Shown here in pieces: positions 32,242 to 42,799 of a DNA stretch of 64,000 bases. The translations under genes and the position numbers were made by a program. This DNA is from Candidatus Kapaibacterium sp. (GTDB lineage Bacteria; Bacteroidota; Ignavibacteria; Kapaibacteriales; UBA4661): NCBI GenBank assembly GCA_025055035.1, contig JANWZB010000001.1, positions 4,785-68,784 on the forward strand, in the 5' to 3' direction. The notes beneath the pieces were generated by a model. That model did not search any database and was not told where the DNA came from. It worked only from the letters and a program-made list of their open reading frames with translations. Within the stretch, counting starts at the first letter, position 1, and every line of letters starts with the position of its first letter.

Positions 32242-33503
32242 TGTATATCCTCGTACTGTTCATGCATGTCAGAAAGAAGTTCTACAAACGCTGCTCGTAT
32301 TTCTTGCATTGTTACATCGCTGAGAGACTCTCGATGCATAAGTCTTTCAAACACGGCCAATGGCTCAAGCTCCTGAAGATCGTGCGTAGTCATTGCATCT
32401 ATAGACACAGACGAGTCAGTTTTCCAGTCTATAGCAGTATGCACAACGTTAACTGCTCCACGGTGAACGTCTTTCGCTATTTCGCACATGCGCTCGTGTA
32501 TATCTATTATGCTCTTCCTGCCTCTACTTTCTGGCGAACAGCGCACCTCTACGAGCGTTTGCAACCTATAGGCTTTTGCATCATATGTACGCAGTGCGTG
32601 CTCAATTTCTTCGATTGTTCCCGATAAGCGTAGCAGACGGCGATGCGTTGTCAATGGGATAGAGGTAATCGTGGGTGATAGCCCATCATTCCATTCTGCA
32701 ATTATCACTTCCTTCGTATCATTGCGCTCGCTAAAATCTAGGGGCAGTGGTGAACCAGAGTATCGGATAGTATCGCGTCCAGCAACCTTTTGCGCTCGAT
32801 GCAAATGTCCAAGTGCAACGTAGGAAAAAGTGCTAGGAAAAGTATCTGCACCGACTCTACCAAGATTTCCAATATGAATCTGCTCCTTTTCTTCATTATC
32901 GCTCGCTATTCCCCCTTGCGCAAACAGATGACCTGTAGTACACAATGGAACATGCTGATTCCCATCGGCATGCATGCGGTGCTGTGCAGCGTCGGCACAG
33001 CGTTCATAATGCTGGCGAATACCCTCGATAATACGTCGAGAGCGCTCTTCTTCTGTTTCTCCGGGTAAAGAAAAGCGCAAATCTCTGTCACGCAGAAATG
33101 GTACAGCACAGCAGTATCCTACAATATTTCCCTGCGCAGAACGAATAGCGACAACCTCATGTTCGATAGCAGGCAGGGCACTGCCGATCACATACACGTT
33201 CATCCTTTCAAGAAGACACCTTGGCGCATTCAGTACAGCAGGAGAATCATGATTTCCCCCTGTGATGATAATTGTTGGGCATCCAGCATCAACAGCACGA
33301 CTAAGAAACGAGTAGTACTGACGCTGAGCATAGTGCGGTGGATTTGCTGAATCAAACACATCACCAGCATGAATCAGTGCATCAACTCTATGCGTGCTGA
33401 TGATAGCAATAATCTCGTCGAGCATGGCATCGTGGTCATCAGAAAGCTCATACCCGTATAAGCGACGCCCTAAATGCCAATCAGCAGTATGGAGAATTTT
33501 CAT
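32238..33503 (-). CDS. sbcD: exonuclease SbcD (Mre11-like calcineurin phosphoesterase)
   Basis: MKILHTADWHLG...GDVFD...GNHD motifs. The stop codon overlaps the sbcC start by 4 nt. Confidence 0.9.
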   Translation of the reverse strand: MKILHTADWHLGRRLYGYELSDDHDAMLDEIIAIISTHRVDALIHAGDVFDSANPPHYAQRQYYSFLSRAVDAGCPTIIITGGNHDSPAVLNAPRCLLERMNVYVIGSALPAIEHEVVAIRSAQGNIVGYCCAVPFLRDRDLRFSLPGETEEERSRRIIEGIRQHYERCADAAQHRMHADGNQHVPLCTTGHLFAQGGIASDNEEKEQIHIGNLGRVGADTFPSTFSYVALGHLHRAQKVAGRDTIRYSGSPLPLDFSERNDTKEVIIAEWNDGLSPTITSIPLTTHRRLLRLSGTIEEIEHALRTYDAKAYRLQTLVEVRCSPESRGRKSIIDIHERMCEIAKDVHRGAVNVVHTAIDWKTDSSVSIDAMTTHDLQELEPLAVFERLMHRESLSDVTMQEIRAAFVELLSDMHEQYEDIQ

Positions 33504-33550
33504 GGGTGTGAAGGGTACAATGCACAATGTCTATGATGCAGAGAATGTGC

Positions 33551-34804
33551 CTAGTTCGTTCGTATCTGCCCATTTCCACGAACAAGCCATTTGTAGCTTG
33601 TGATTTCGTGCAGCGCCATTGGTCCGCGTGCATGGAGCTTTTGTGTAGAAATACCAATTTCTGCACCCATACCAAACTGAGCGCCATCGGTAAATCCAGT
33701 CGAAGCATTAGCGTACACAACTGCTGCATCAACGCACTGCAAAAACTTCTCACAGGTGCTTTTATCTTCGGCAATAATTGCCTCGCTATGCCGAGAGCTA
33801 TAATGACGAATGTGTTCTAGCGCGCTGTCGAGTGAATCAACGGTTTTAATGCTCATTTTGTAATCTAGGAATTCTGTGCCATAGTGCTGTGGCTCTGCAC
33901 GGAATAAAAGATGTTCAGGGTATCTCCCAACGAGATAGGCATGTGCCTCTTCATCAGCATAAATCTCTACATTCTTTGTAGCAAGCATCTCTACGAGAAC
34001 CGCAAGATTCGGTAAGCACGCCCGATGAATGAGTACTGTGTCGAGAGCATTACACACACTCACACGACGAGTTTTTGCATTGAAGATAATCTGTTTTCCC
34101 TTTTCAACATCGCCGCTGATATCAAAGTACGTATGGACAATACCCGCTCCTGTTTCTATGACAGGAACACGGGCATGTGCTCGGACAAAATCAATCAGCC
34201 CTTGCGACCCACGAGGAATCAGCACATCAACAAGCCCGACAGCTGAGAGCAATTCAGCAGTTGCTTCCCTATCGGGCGGCATCAAATACACTGCTTCTTC
34301 TGGTATTGCATGTGCTTGCAGTACTGTGTGAATAACCTGAACAATTGCTTCATTAGAAGTTTGTGCATCACTTCCTCCCTTCAGGACACAGGCATTTCCT
34401 GCTTTGAAGCAGAGCGCAAACGCGTCGAGTGTTACATTCGGACGAGCTTCATAAATAATACCGATTACTCCAAGAGGAACAGAAACTTTTTGTAGGAACA
34501 ACCCATTTGCTAAGGTTCTTTCTTCGAGAACATATCCTAGGGGCGAAGGCAAGCTCGCTACTTGCCTCATATCGCGTGCTATTTGGGCAATACGCTTTTC
34601 TGTTAGCAATAAACGGTCATATTTTGGATCATCAGGATTCATGCGGCTAAGGTCATGCTTGTTTGCTGCCAAAATAACATCCTGTGAGCGCTCCAAAGCA
34701 TCAGCACTCTCTCGGAGAACCGCAGAACGCTGTTCATCGGAAAGAGCATTGAGAATACGCAAGGTATCCTGTGTTCGGCGAAGGGCATTGTGAATGCTTG
34801 TCAT
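33551..34804 (-). CDS. proA: glutamate-5-semialdehyde dehydrogenase (gamma-glutamyl phosphate reductase)
   Basis: 417 aa, ProA-like throughout (e.g. [36 protein letters not shown]). Confidence 0.9.
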   Translation of the reverse strand: MTSIHNALRRTQDTLRILNALSDEQRSAVLRESADALERSQDVILAANKHDLSRMNPDDPKYDRLLLTEKRIAQIARDMRQVASLPSPLGYVLEERTLANGLFLQKVSVPLGVIGIIYEARPNVTLDAFALCFKAGNACVLKGGSDAQTSNEAIVQVIHTVLQAHAIPEEAVYLMPPDREATAELLSAVGLVDVLIPRGSQGLIDFVRAHARVPVIETGAGIVHTYFDISGDVEKGKQIIFNAKTRRVSVCNALDTVLIHRACLPNLAVLVEMLATKNVEIYADEEAHAYLVGRYPEHLLFRAEPQHYGTEFLDYKMSIKTVDSLDSALEHIRHYSSRHSEAIIAEDKSTCEKFLQCVDAAVVYANASTGFTDGAQFGMGAEIGISTQKLHARGPMALHEITSYKWLVRGNGQIRTN

Positions 34805-34869
34805 ACGCAGTAAGGTTAACGGATAGTGTATAGCGAAAATCGCAGAGCAGTATACTCCAACAATGCACG

Positions 34870-35967
34870 CTATACCGCAATAAACAAATAGTCGTAGTGA
34901 ATCAGAGGCTTTTGGTGAGCTTTTCCAATAAGTTCCCGCGCACGAGCAGAGTTGTACTGTACCATACCGTACCCAAGAACGTGTTCATGCCCAGCATGCG
35001 CCGTGTCAGCACAAAGGCGAACGATATCACCTTTCTCAAATTCGCCTTCAATTCGTGTAATTCCCACAGGAAGAACACTTGCTGCTGTGTTTGATGCCGT
35101 CAGTACACGCACTGCACCTTCATTCACATATACTGTTCCCTTCTCATATCCTTCAGCATGGGCTACCCAGCGTTTAATACTCGAGGCATTCTTGCGTGGC
35201 AAGAACGTTGTACCAACAGGCTTTCCAGCAACTATATCGCGGAGAATATGTGGTTTTTTCCCATGCGCGATGCGTACTGTGATACCAACAAGTGTAAGCT
35301 TTCGGGCAATCGCTGCTTTCGTCAGCATACCACCACGACCAAACGATGACTTTTCAGGCGAAATAATCTTCTCAAGATCAACCTTCTTGGTATCGATGAC
35401 CGACAATAGCCTGGATGAAGGATCGCGGGGATTACCATCGAAAATTCCATCAACGTTCGTTAGGATAACAAGCGCTTCCGCCTGAATCATCGAAGATAGC
35501 AATCCAGACAGTTCGTCATTATCAGTAAACATCAATTCCGTTACAGATACGACATCATTCTCATTCACAATTGGTATGATACCATGAGCTAGCAATCCTT
35601 CTAAGCAGTTCTGCATATTTAGGTAGTGCCGCCTATCGCGGAAGTCCTCTTTAGTAACGAGAACTTGTGCACACTGAAGAGCATGTTTATCAAACAGCTG
35701 GGCATAGGTATTCATAAGCCGCACCTGCCCAACAGCGGCAAGAACCTGTCGGGCAGTTACTGCTGAAATCTTTTCATGCACATGGAGCACTGCTCGACCC
35801 GAACCCACAGCCCCTGAGGAAACAACTACTATCTGAACTCCTTGTTGGTACAGCGCAGCAATATCCGCAACAATGCACTCCATTACATGAATATCCAATA
35901 ATCCATTGTCTTGGGAAAGAACATTTGTACCAATTTTGACAACAAGCTTATGATACAAGGGCTTCAT
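34870..35967 (-). CDS. proB: glutamate 5-kinase with C-terminal PUA domain
   Basis: [10 protein letters not shown]...VVSSGAV...[11 protein letters not shown] plus a PUA-like C-terminus. The ORF track extends to 36057 and an earlier start is possible. Confidence 0.88.
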   Translation of the reverse strand: MKPLYHKLVVKIGTNVLSQDNGLLDIHVMECIVADIAALYQQGVQIVVVSSGAVGSGRAVLHVHEKISAVTARQVLAAVGQVRLMNTYAQLFDKHALQCAQVLVTKEDFRDRRHYLNMQNCLEGLLAHGIIPIVNENDVVSVTELMFTDNDELSGLLSSMIQAEALVILTNVDGIFDGNPRDPSSRLLSVIDTKKVDLEKIISPEKSSFGRGGMLTKAAIARKLTLVGITVRIAHGKKPHILRDIVAGKPVGTTFLPRKNASSIKRWVAHAEGYEKGTVYVNEGAVRVLTASNTAASVLPVGITRIEGEFEKGDIVRLCADTAHAGHEHVLGYGMVQYNSARARELIGKAHQKPLIHYDYLFIAV

Positions 35968-36108
35968 ACGGAGAGCTCGTACTGGGAGGACAACGTTCAC
36001 AAACTTACTACTCTTGGCAATTCCTCGCAAGATAGTGCAAGCAAACATCGGCTTCATTTTTCAGCTATCGAGTAGCGAAAAAATCGTAAATTACGTAAGC
36101 AGTATCCG

Positions 36109-36780
36109 ATGATTAGTACACCAATTTGCGTATCTTCTATGCAATCGATTTTCACTTCTGGTTGTACTGCATTTCTTCTATCCTTCGTCTACAACATGGC
36201 GGCATTGCTGCTACACGCTCAAGATATTCCTTCTTACAGCTATCCTACATTGCGTCCATTCTCCGATGAAGGAGCGTTGTATGAGATTCCTCAAACAAGC
36301 ACTAGTGAACTGGGCTTGCGGTATCTCAAGCTAGGAAATTCGTATAGGGAAGTAGGGAACATGGATATGGCGCAGTATTTTGTTCGGCGTGGCTTAGACC
36401 TCATACGCGGACGTGGCAGCCGCTACTGGGAAGCTGTTGGAAACGAGTATCTGGGCTTAATATATCGCGATATAGGCGACCGTATCATGGCATTAGAGTA
36501 TCTATACCGAGCAGAACGTCTCTACAAGAGCGTTCTTGGGCGTCCAAGTGTTCCCAATAGTATCGATGCTGTACAGCAGATTGTAAGAGACACAGAGTAT
36601 GGCTATCGCTCGTCTACGACTCGTTCCCCACTCGTTTCAGCAACATCAGGATATAGCATGGTTCTCTCAGAGCGTGAGCGCCTTGAGCGTACACAAACTG
36701 CTCTCCAGAGAAAGATTGTGGAGCTGGAAGATCGCATTCGACAGCTTGAAGCCAATCAAAATGTATCGTCAGGAAGATAA
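36109..36780 (+). CDS. hypothetical protein with TPR-like repeats and C-terminal coiled coil
   Basis: YLKLGNSYREVGNMDMAQYF and GLIYRDIGDRIMALEYLYRAERLY helix-turn-helix repeat pattern. C-terminal ELEDRIRQLE heptads. Confidence 0.4.
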   Translation: MISTPICVSSMQSIFTSGCTAFLLSFVYNMAALLLHAQDIPSYSYPTLRPFSDEGALYEIPQTSTSELGLRYLKLGNSYREVGNMDMAQYFVRRGLDLIRGRGSRYWEAVGNEYLGLIYRDIGDRIMALEYLYRAERLYKSVLGRPSVPNSIDAVQQIVRDTEYGYRSSTTRSPLVSATSGYSMVLSERERLERTQTALQRKIVELEDRIRQLEANQNVSSGR

Positions 36781-36832
36781 TTGCCCGATTATTCTCACCG
36801 TATCCCCATTTCACCACATTGTTCGTACAGCT

Positions 36833-37300
36833 ATGGACATAAACATTGGCATTCCCAACGACCAGCGCAAACGCATCGCTGATGGGCTATCACGCTTACT
36901 TGCTGATACTTACTCGCTTTTTCTTAAAACCCATAATTTCCACTGGAATGTCACCGGACCGTTATTCAATACCCTGCATACAATGTTTGAAACACAGTAC
37001 ACAGAACTGTTTGCAGCTGTTGATGAAATTGCAGAACGGATTCGTGCACTAGGTGAATTTGCTCCTGGGTCATTCGCATCGTTCGCATCGCTATCGTCGA
37101 TTACTGATGCAAAGGGCATTCCCTCAGCAACAGACATGATACGAACTCTTGTACAAGACAATGAAACTGTTGTGCGCACTGCACGCGAAGTGTTGCCAAT
37201 TGCAGAGGAAGCCAACGACGGACCATCAGTCGATTTACTCAACGAGCGCATGCAAATCCATGAAAAGACAGCATGGATGCTACGCTCTATGCTGGACTAG
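36833..37300 (+). CDS. dps: Dps-family DNA-binding ferritin-like protein
   Basis: LADTYSLFLKTHNFHWNVTGPLFNTLHTMFE...DEIAERIRALG, the ferroxidase-centre signature of Dps. An internal ATG at 36833 was chosen. Confidence 0.85.
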   Translation: MDINIGIPNDQRKRIADGLSRLLADTYSLFLKTHNFHWNVTGPLFNTLHTMFETQYTELFAAVDEIAERIRALGEFAPGSFASFASLSSITDAKGIPSATDMIRTLVQDNETVVRTAREVLPIAEEANDGPSVDLLNERMQIHEKTAWMLRSMLD

Positions 37301-37323
37301 TCTATGAGAGCAAGTCCTGTAGC

Positions 37324-38316
37324 TTATACCCTCCTTGCGGCACTTTTGTTCACCGTGAGAAGCATTTTCCACTGTATAGCAAGCAACATCATCGCAAGAA
37401 CAAGATGAATGGGCTGTGCAGTGCGAGGAATTGCACAGTAGTTCATTACTACGCCAGCTATAATTTCCGCAAATATTATCATTCCTATTGCTATCCCGTA
37501 CACGTGATATGTCGAGGCTTCCCGCTCTTGGCGTAAAGCATGCAATCGCAGCATAAGCCAAATAGCAGTGCCATTTGCTGCAAGAATAATCCACGACATA
37601 GAGCGGTGTACTAGAAATATTGCTCCTACGCCATCAATCCACTGCTCGCGCCAACGCCCCTCAAGCCTTTTATCTATAAGGTCTACCTGTTCTCGCACTT
37701 GTGTACCTAACAGTATTTGCGTTACTGTCAATATAACGCAGACTACAATAACAATACGAAGACGCCGCATGTACTTATCTCTTTTCTCTGCACACTCGCC
37801 CACTGTGTGATTGGGCATGGGCATCTTCAGTGCACGATGACGAATACTAACAGCAAGCGCTACAATAACAGCCGAACTGAGCATATGTATTGTAACTTTT
37901 GCAGGTTCTAGATCGCTTGCCACAACAACTGATCCTAGCCAGCCGACAAATCCTGTAACGATACATATCGCTAGTGATAGCAACGGCAGCCAGACGTCTT
38001 GCTTCCTAAAGCGCAGCGAATATACCAGCATGACAAGAATGACAAGACCCAAAAGTGCTCCAAGAAGACGATTAATGTATTCGACCCATGTCTTGAAAGC
38101 ATCAAAGTCTGCTATTTCTTTGCCCTGCACCTGAAAAATAGCCTTATAGTTTGGAGGAAGCTGGCGTACATCTGTTGGTGGAATATACTGCCCAAAGCAT
38201 GTAGGCCAGTCTGGACAGCCCATACCAGAACCAGTCGTACGGACGATACCTCCAGCAAGAATCACGGTAAACGTCAGTAAGAGAACTGCTAGTGAAACTC
38301 TAGAAAACATAATCAT
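37324..38316 (-). CDS. ctaA: heme A synthase (COX15/CtaA family)
   Basis: Eight predicted TM helices, motif GSGMGCPDWPTC, and conserved His residues in helix pairs. Confidence 0.8.
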   Translation of the reverse strand: MIMFSRVSLAVLLLTFTVILAGGIVRTTGSGMGCPDWPTCFGQYIPPTDVRQLPPNYKAIFQVQGKEIADFDAFKTWVEYINRLLGALLGLVILVMLVYSLRFRKQDVWLPLLSLAICIVTGFVGWLGSVVVASDLEPAKVTIHMLSSAVIVALAVSIRHRALKMPMPNHTVGECAEKRDKYMRRLRIVIVVCVILTVTQILLGTQVREQVDLIDKRLEGRWREQWIDGVGAIFLVHRSMSWIILAANGTAIWLMLRLHALRQEREASTYHVYGIAIGMIIFAEIIAGVVMNYCAIPRTAQPIHLVLAMMLLAIQWKMLLTVNKSAARRV

Positions 38317-38370
38317 ACATAATCATACGTTGGCAACTAAGTAATACTTCACGCTGTATTACAAGGTTTG

Positions 38371-39609
38371 TTAATGCATATTCTGCCCCTGCGTATCTGC
38401 GTACCCTGTCATTTCTACATATCCATATCCGCTCAGTACACGCCCATGTTCCCAGCCATGCACTCGCACAGCACCTTCCCAGTATCGAACAGTAGCATCA
38501 AGTTCTTGGTTAGCAACAAGAGGAGTTGTTGTTATCTGTATATCACTCTGCAATAGTACAAGCTTCCATTCCTTTGGATACAGTGCTCCTGTTACGGGGC
38601 TACGCCATTTACCATGAGGTATTAGTTGGGCATCTGCGTACCTAATCTGCTTTTGTGTTCCATCAGGATATACTATGACCCCACTGCTCATAGTATCTGG
38701 CTGGATAGTACCATCAGGGTAGCGCGCACGCAGTTGGTAGAACATAATGTCTCGTCCATCATCCAGATGCAAGGCAAACCAATCCCACCCTACTTGGTGG
38801 CGCTCTAAAGCGCTCGTGCTCCATTCTCTATCCATCCAACTAAGACCATGCACTTCGCAGCTCTCATTGCGTATAGTTAGAATGCCATGGGTTACCATGC
38901 GTGATTGAGAATAGTAGTACGAAGCGTTGCCTGGTGTTGCACTTTTTTGGCTAAGCCCAGAGTTTCCTTGTAATACTGTCGGCTTCACACTATCGAGAGT
39001 AAAGCTAAGCCGAACACTATCACCAATACTTGCTTCTAACCGAAGAGGGAAAATGCTTCCGCGACGAGCTGAGGAGTCTGTTTCGCCGTACCAGTTTTCT
39101 ACCCATACTCGAAACTTAGTCTTTCCTGCACGCTCTACTACCAAGCATCCAGCAAGCCCCTTCTGACTTCGTGAAAAGCGCTCGGCACAGTAGAATGCAT
39201 TGTTTTGCACATCAGTTACTGTGCAATGTGCCATATATATCTGACTTGATGTCCAGCTCTCGTAATAGCGAGCATGAACAGTATCATATATATTGCGAGG
39301 TTTTAGAGCACTCCGAAAGAACGTTAGTTGGTAGCCAAAGCGCCGACCGCTCTGCGTTACAAGATTGCCAGTAAAATACCACCACTCTGTCTTAAACTCT
39401 TCATGGCTAGCGTGATCATCAGGGAACACAAATTCTCGCACTTGTGTAGCACGAGCAAAGCCCTCTGTGGCATGCGCATCGTTTGCTAGTACTTTGTTTA
39501 CGCTAATGTACCCTTGAATGTGCGGTGCGCTCTGGCGTTCAATACTCATAAGCACAGCCACAATACATGTGGTTAGCAGAGTACCAACGATGACAGTGAT
39601 GCGAAGCAT
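38371..39609 (-). CDS. CrtC/AttH-like lipocalin-fold protein (carotenoid 1,2-hydratase-like or secreted hydrolase family)
   Basis: N-terminal TM or signal segment. Family motif FVFPDDHASHEEFKTEWWYFTGNL. Confidence 0.55.
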   Translation of the reverse strand: MLRITVIVGTLLTTCIVAVLMSIERQSAPHIQGYISVNKVLANDAHATEGFARATQVREFVFPDDHASHEEFKTEWWYFTGNLVTQSGRRFGYQLTFFRSALKPRNIYDTVHARYYESWTSSQIYMAHCTVTDVQNNAFYCAERFSRSQKGLAGCLVVERAGKTKFRVWVENWYGETDSSARRGSIFPLRLEASIGDSVRLSFTLDSVKPTVLQGNSGLSQKSATPGNASYYYSQSRMVTHGILTIRNESCEVHGLSWMDREWSTSALERHQVGWDWFALHLDDGRDIMFYQLRARYPDGTIQPDTMSSGVIVYPDGTQKQIRYADAQLIPHGKWRSPVTGALYPKEWKLVLLQSDIQITTTPLVANQELDATVRYWEGAVRVHGWEHGRVLSGYGYVEMTGYADTQGQNMH

Positions 39610-39672
39610 GCGTGTTGAGATAGTAGTACAGCAGGAGATTGCACAGAGAATGCCTCTAGTAGGGCTGGCATC

Positions 39673-40557
39673 TTAGGCTTGTTGTGTCAGAAGCCGTTCA
39701 ATCATCGTCTTTAGTCCTTCAACTTTCCTCAGAATAGGGCGCAATGTTTGAGGGTTTTGATGCTTGAGCATCGTTTGAAGCTCACTAATATATCGGTTTG
39801 CTTTTTCTATCACAGCAGTGTCTTTCTTTTTCGCTATTTGTATAGCGTTTTTTGAGGAAACATTTTTTAGTGCTGTTTTGTTCCCAAATCCCTCTTCCTG
39901 CTGCAGCTTTTGCTGTAGTTCTTTGCGATATTTTGCCAACTGCTTTTGCACTGCCGAGACGTTTTGTCCTGTGTCCTGAGCGATTTTTTGAGCAGTAAGG
40001 CGTTGCACAGAAGTGCTTTCAGAAAGTAAAACGGAAGATTCCGTTTTACTTAAACTGCTTGTATCGTGCGCTGATTTTTTCGACCATTTCAATCCTCCAC
40101 CACGCGTTTCTTGGCGAATCAAGACGTCGAAATCTGGGTAGAGTTTCTTGTACAAACTGATCCACTCTGCTGTAGAAAATTGTCGGCGGTATAGATTATC
40201 CTTGATGATAAATTCGCGTTCTGCTGCTTCTGTGAGCGTATCGAGGACATACTGCACAGGCACAGACTGCAATCCTAGCTCCAATGCAACCTGCAAGCGG
40301 TTGTGCCCAGCAAGCAACACATCATCTTTCTTTGCCAGCAATGGAACAATAATCCCACGCTCTCGTATATCGTCCCGCAGCTTACTAAAATAATCTTCGC
40401 TTTCCTCTCTGAAAAAATGCCTATTCAGAGGATTTATCTTCAGCTGCTGAGGAGCAATATACTGCACGTCCGACAGCCGCACACCTTGAAGGTCAGCTCG
40501 TTTTGCTTGCACCCACGCAAGAGGGTTATTGTGCAGCTTAGGCTTCTTGGGATTCAT
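39673..40557 (-). CDS. parB: ParB-like partition protein (ParB/Srx nuclease-fold N-domain, HTH, K/Q-rich C-terminus)
   Basis: ParB N-domain IIVPLLAKKDDVLLAGHNRLQVALELGL, with GHNRLQ in place of the canonical GERRxRA CTP-binding motif. Putative HTH LTAQKIAQDTGQNVSAVQ. Directly downstream of parA. Confidence 0.7.
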   Translation of the reverse strand: MNPKKPKLHNNPLAWVQAKRADLQGVRLSDVQYIAPQQLKINPLNRHFFREESEDYFSKLRDDIRERGIIVPLLAKKDDVLLAGHNRLQVALELGLQSVPVQYVLDTLTEAAEREFIIKDNLYRRQFSTAEWISLYKKLYPDFDVLIRQETRGGGLKWSKKSAHDTSSLSKTESSVLLSESTSVQRLTAQKIAQDTGQNVSAVQKQLAKYRKELQQKLQQEEGFGNKTALKNVSSKNAIQIAKKKDTAVIEKANRYISELQTMLKHQNPQTLRPILRKVEGLKTMIERLLTQQA

Positions 40558-40592
40558 AAGTATTGAAGAGCAATCTCTCGGAAAGAATTACG

Positions 40593-41348
40593 CTAGAGTA
40601 TCCGTTGGACAATTGTTTGTGCAATCTCGCTATATTGTTCAGCTGCTTTGCTTGTAGGCTTATACTCAAAAATGCTTCTTCCTGCAGAAGCAGCTTCGGC
40701 GAGAGCAATAACTTCGGAAATATGCGTCGGAAATAACTCATGAGGGAACTGAGTTTCGAGTGCTTGCAGCGCTTCGCAGTGCATACCCTTCCTACGGTCG
40801 AACATTGTAGCAATCACTCCAGAAACGGCAAGCTTTGGATTTGTGCGTTTTTGCACAATACCAATGATTTCATACAGCTTTGCGAGACCTTGTAATGCAA
40901 AAAACTCCGTTTGCACAACAATACACACATCGGTCGAAGCAGTAAATGCATTAACTGTTAATAAGCCTAGGCTTGGTGGTGTATCTATAAGAATAGCATC
41001 ATACCCTGATACATGCTCGAGCGCCTCTCTCAGGAGAAATTCTCTTCCTGTGACGCTTTGCAACTCTGCTTCACTATTTGTTACATCGAGCGACGACGGC
41101 ACCAAATGCAGCATTGGGGAAAGCTGTGTCGTGGCCTCAGCTATTGATGCCGTAGCCCGAAGCACTTCGTATATCGTATTTTCTGGTCGTTCATATACAC
41201 CAAAATGCGCAGTAAGATTCGTCTGTGGATCGGTGTCAACGAGCAGGGTGCGCTTATTATAATGATGAGCAAGAGCATATCCAACATTTGCGACAGTCGT
41301 TGTCTTGCCAACTCCTCCTTTGTGATTTGCAAAGGTGATAATTTTCAT
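40593..41348 (-). CDS. parA: ParA/Soj-family partition ATPase
   Basis: Deviant Walker A KGGVGKTTT and DTDPQ. Confidence 0.88.
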   Translation of the reverse strand: MKIITFANHKGGVGKTTTVANVGYALAHHYNKRTLLVDTDPQTNLTAHFGVYERPENTIYEVLRATASIAEATTQLSPMLHLVPSSLDVTNSEAELQSVTGREFLLREALEHVSGYDAILIDTPPSLGLLTVNAFTASTDVCIVVQTEFFALQGLAKLYEIIGIVQKRTNPKLAVSGVIATMFDRRKGMHCEALQALETQFPHELFPTHISEVIALAEAASAGRSIFEYKPTSKAAEQYSEIAQTIVQRIL

Positions 41349-41482
41349 GCACAAAACACTTTATGAAACAATTTTATGTAGTGCGCAAATTACAAAAAAT
41401 CTTGCGAAGCATTGGCATATCTTAGCTTCGCCATCATAGAAAATTTTGTTTGAACTAGTTTTTCCTCCTATCTTCGCTGTGC

Positions 41483-41502
41483 TTGTACTGTATTGTACTG
41501 TA
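41483..41502. repeat. tandem 10-bp direct repeat (TTGTACTGTA x2) in the parA / aminotransferase divergent promoter region
   Basis: Exact tandem duplication seen in the sequence. Candidate ParB/ParA operator or centromere-like half-sites. Confidence 0.3.
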
Positions 41503-41524
41503 GATATCCTTCACACATCTATAC

Positions 41525-42724
41525 TTGGTTACAAGTATGTTATCATGCCAGCGGCACTTATTTAGCTTACCCGACAGTGTTCACTATCTCAACTGTGCAT
41601 TTATGTCTCCTCTTTTGAAACGTGTTGAAGAGGCTGGATATCATGGAATTTCGAAGAAACGCCTACCCCATTGCATTAAACAAGAAGATTTTTTTGGACT
41701 CCCTGCTACAGCACGAGCACTCTTTGCTAAGCTTATCCACGCATCAAGTGCTGATACTGTTACACTGCTTCCGTCTGTCTCTTACGGCATGGCTATTGTT
41801 GCAAAGAATCTTCCGGTGCACAAAGGTCAGAATATTGTTGCCGTTGCGGAAGAATTTCCAAGCAACATTTACGCATGGCGTCATCATTGTGCACAAGGCA
41901 TGGAACTGCGTCTTATTACTCCGCCATCCATACAGGATTGTTATTCCAGCGCACATACACGCGCTGAGCTATGGAACACAAGAATACTCAACGCAATAGA
42001 CACTAGCACGGCTCTTGTTGTTGTGTGTCCGTTGCATTGGGCAGATGGCACGCTCTTCGACCTTGTGCGCATTGGTAGTGCAGCACGAAGCGCCGGAGCA
42101 CTGTTTGTTGTGGATGGCACTCAAGCACTTGGAGCAATGCCATTTGATGTTCAACAGGTTCAGCCCGACGCTCTCATTGCAGCGTCGTACAAGTGTATGA
42201 TGGGTGCGTATTCCATAGGCTGTGCATATTGGGGAGAGCGACTTGCACACGCAACTCCCCTTGAAGAAACATGGGTAGGTCGTCTGGGAAGTGAAGATTT
42301 TCGCAATCTTACTGCTTATGAGGAAGAGTATCAGCCAGGTATGAATAGGTTGAACATGGGAGAACAGAGTAACTTTGTTCTCATTCCTATGCTTATTGCT
42401 GCTCTTGAGCAAGTTCTTGAATGGACGCCTACGTCTGTTCAAGAGTACTGCTCAGTGCTCACTGAACCTCTTGTGGACTTTTGTACAGAGTACAAGCTAT
42501 GGATAGAACATCACAGCTGGCGGGCACATCATCTATTTGGTATTCGCTTACCTGAGCATATAGATATTGCTACTGTTCAATCATCTCTTGCCCGGCATAA
42601 CGTTTATATCTCATTGCGAGGTGATTCTTTGCGCATATCCCCCCACGTGTATAATACACCGGAAGATATTCAAGCGCTCATACAAGCATTATACGAAGCA
42701 CTGTCATCACACTCATACAAGTAA
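41525..42724 (+). CDS. class V aminotransferase-fold PLP-dependent enzyme (cysteine desulfurase / isopenicillin-N-epimerase-like)
   Basis: YLNCAFMSP N-terminal motif and a candidate PLP-lysine SYKCMMG. Confidence 0.7.
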   Translation: MVTSMLSCQRHLFSLPDSVHYLNCAFMSPLLKRVEEAGYHGISKKRLPHCIKQEDFFGLPATARALFAKLIHASSADTVTLLPSVSYGMAIVAKNLPVHKGQNIVAVAEEFPSNIYAWRHHCAQGMELRLITPPSIQDCYSSAHTRAELWNTRILNAIDTSTALVVVCPLHWADGTLFDLVRIGSAARSAGALFVVDGTQALGAMPFDVQQVQPDALIAASYKCMMGAYSIGCAYWGERLAHATPLEETWVGRLGSEDFRNLTAYEEEYQPGMNRLNMGEQSNFVLIPMLIAALEQVLEWTPTSVQEYCSVLTEPLVDFCTEYKLWIEHHSWRAHHLFGIRLPEHIDIATVQSSLARHNVYISLRGDSLRISPHVYNTPEDIQALIQALYEALSSHSYK

Positions 42725-42799
42725 AAAGGAACGTTCCGTTTTACTTGCCTTGATAGCACAAATTCGTGATTAGAACACTTCTTCTTGAACTTTTGTACT

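Noticed and set aside
28792-33503. SbcCD as a possible SMC-type phage-defence system
   Set aside because: The architecture is canonical (Mre11-like SbcD with a 4-nt overlap, SbcC with zinc hook and full-length coiled coil) and it is embedded with proBA housekeeping genes. No extra effector, methyltransferase or toxin gene accompanies it apart from a mini-GNAT.
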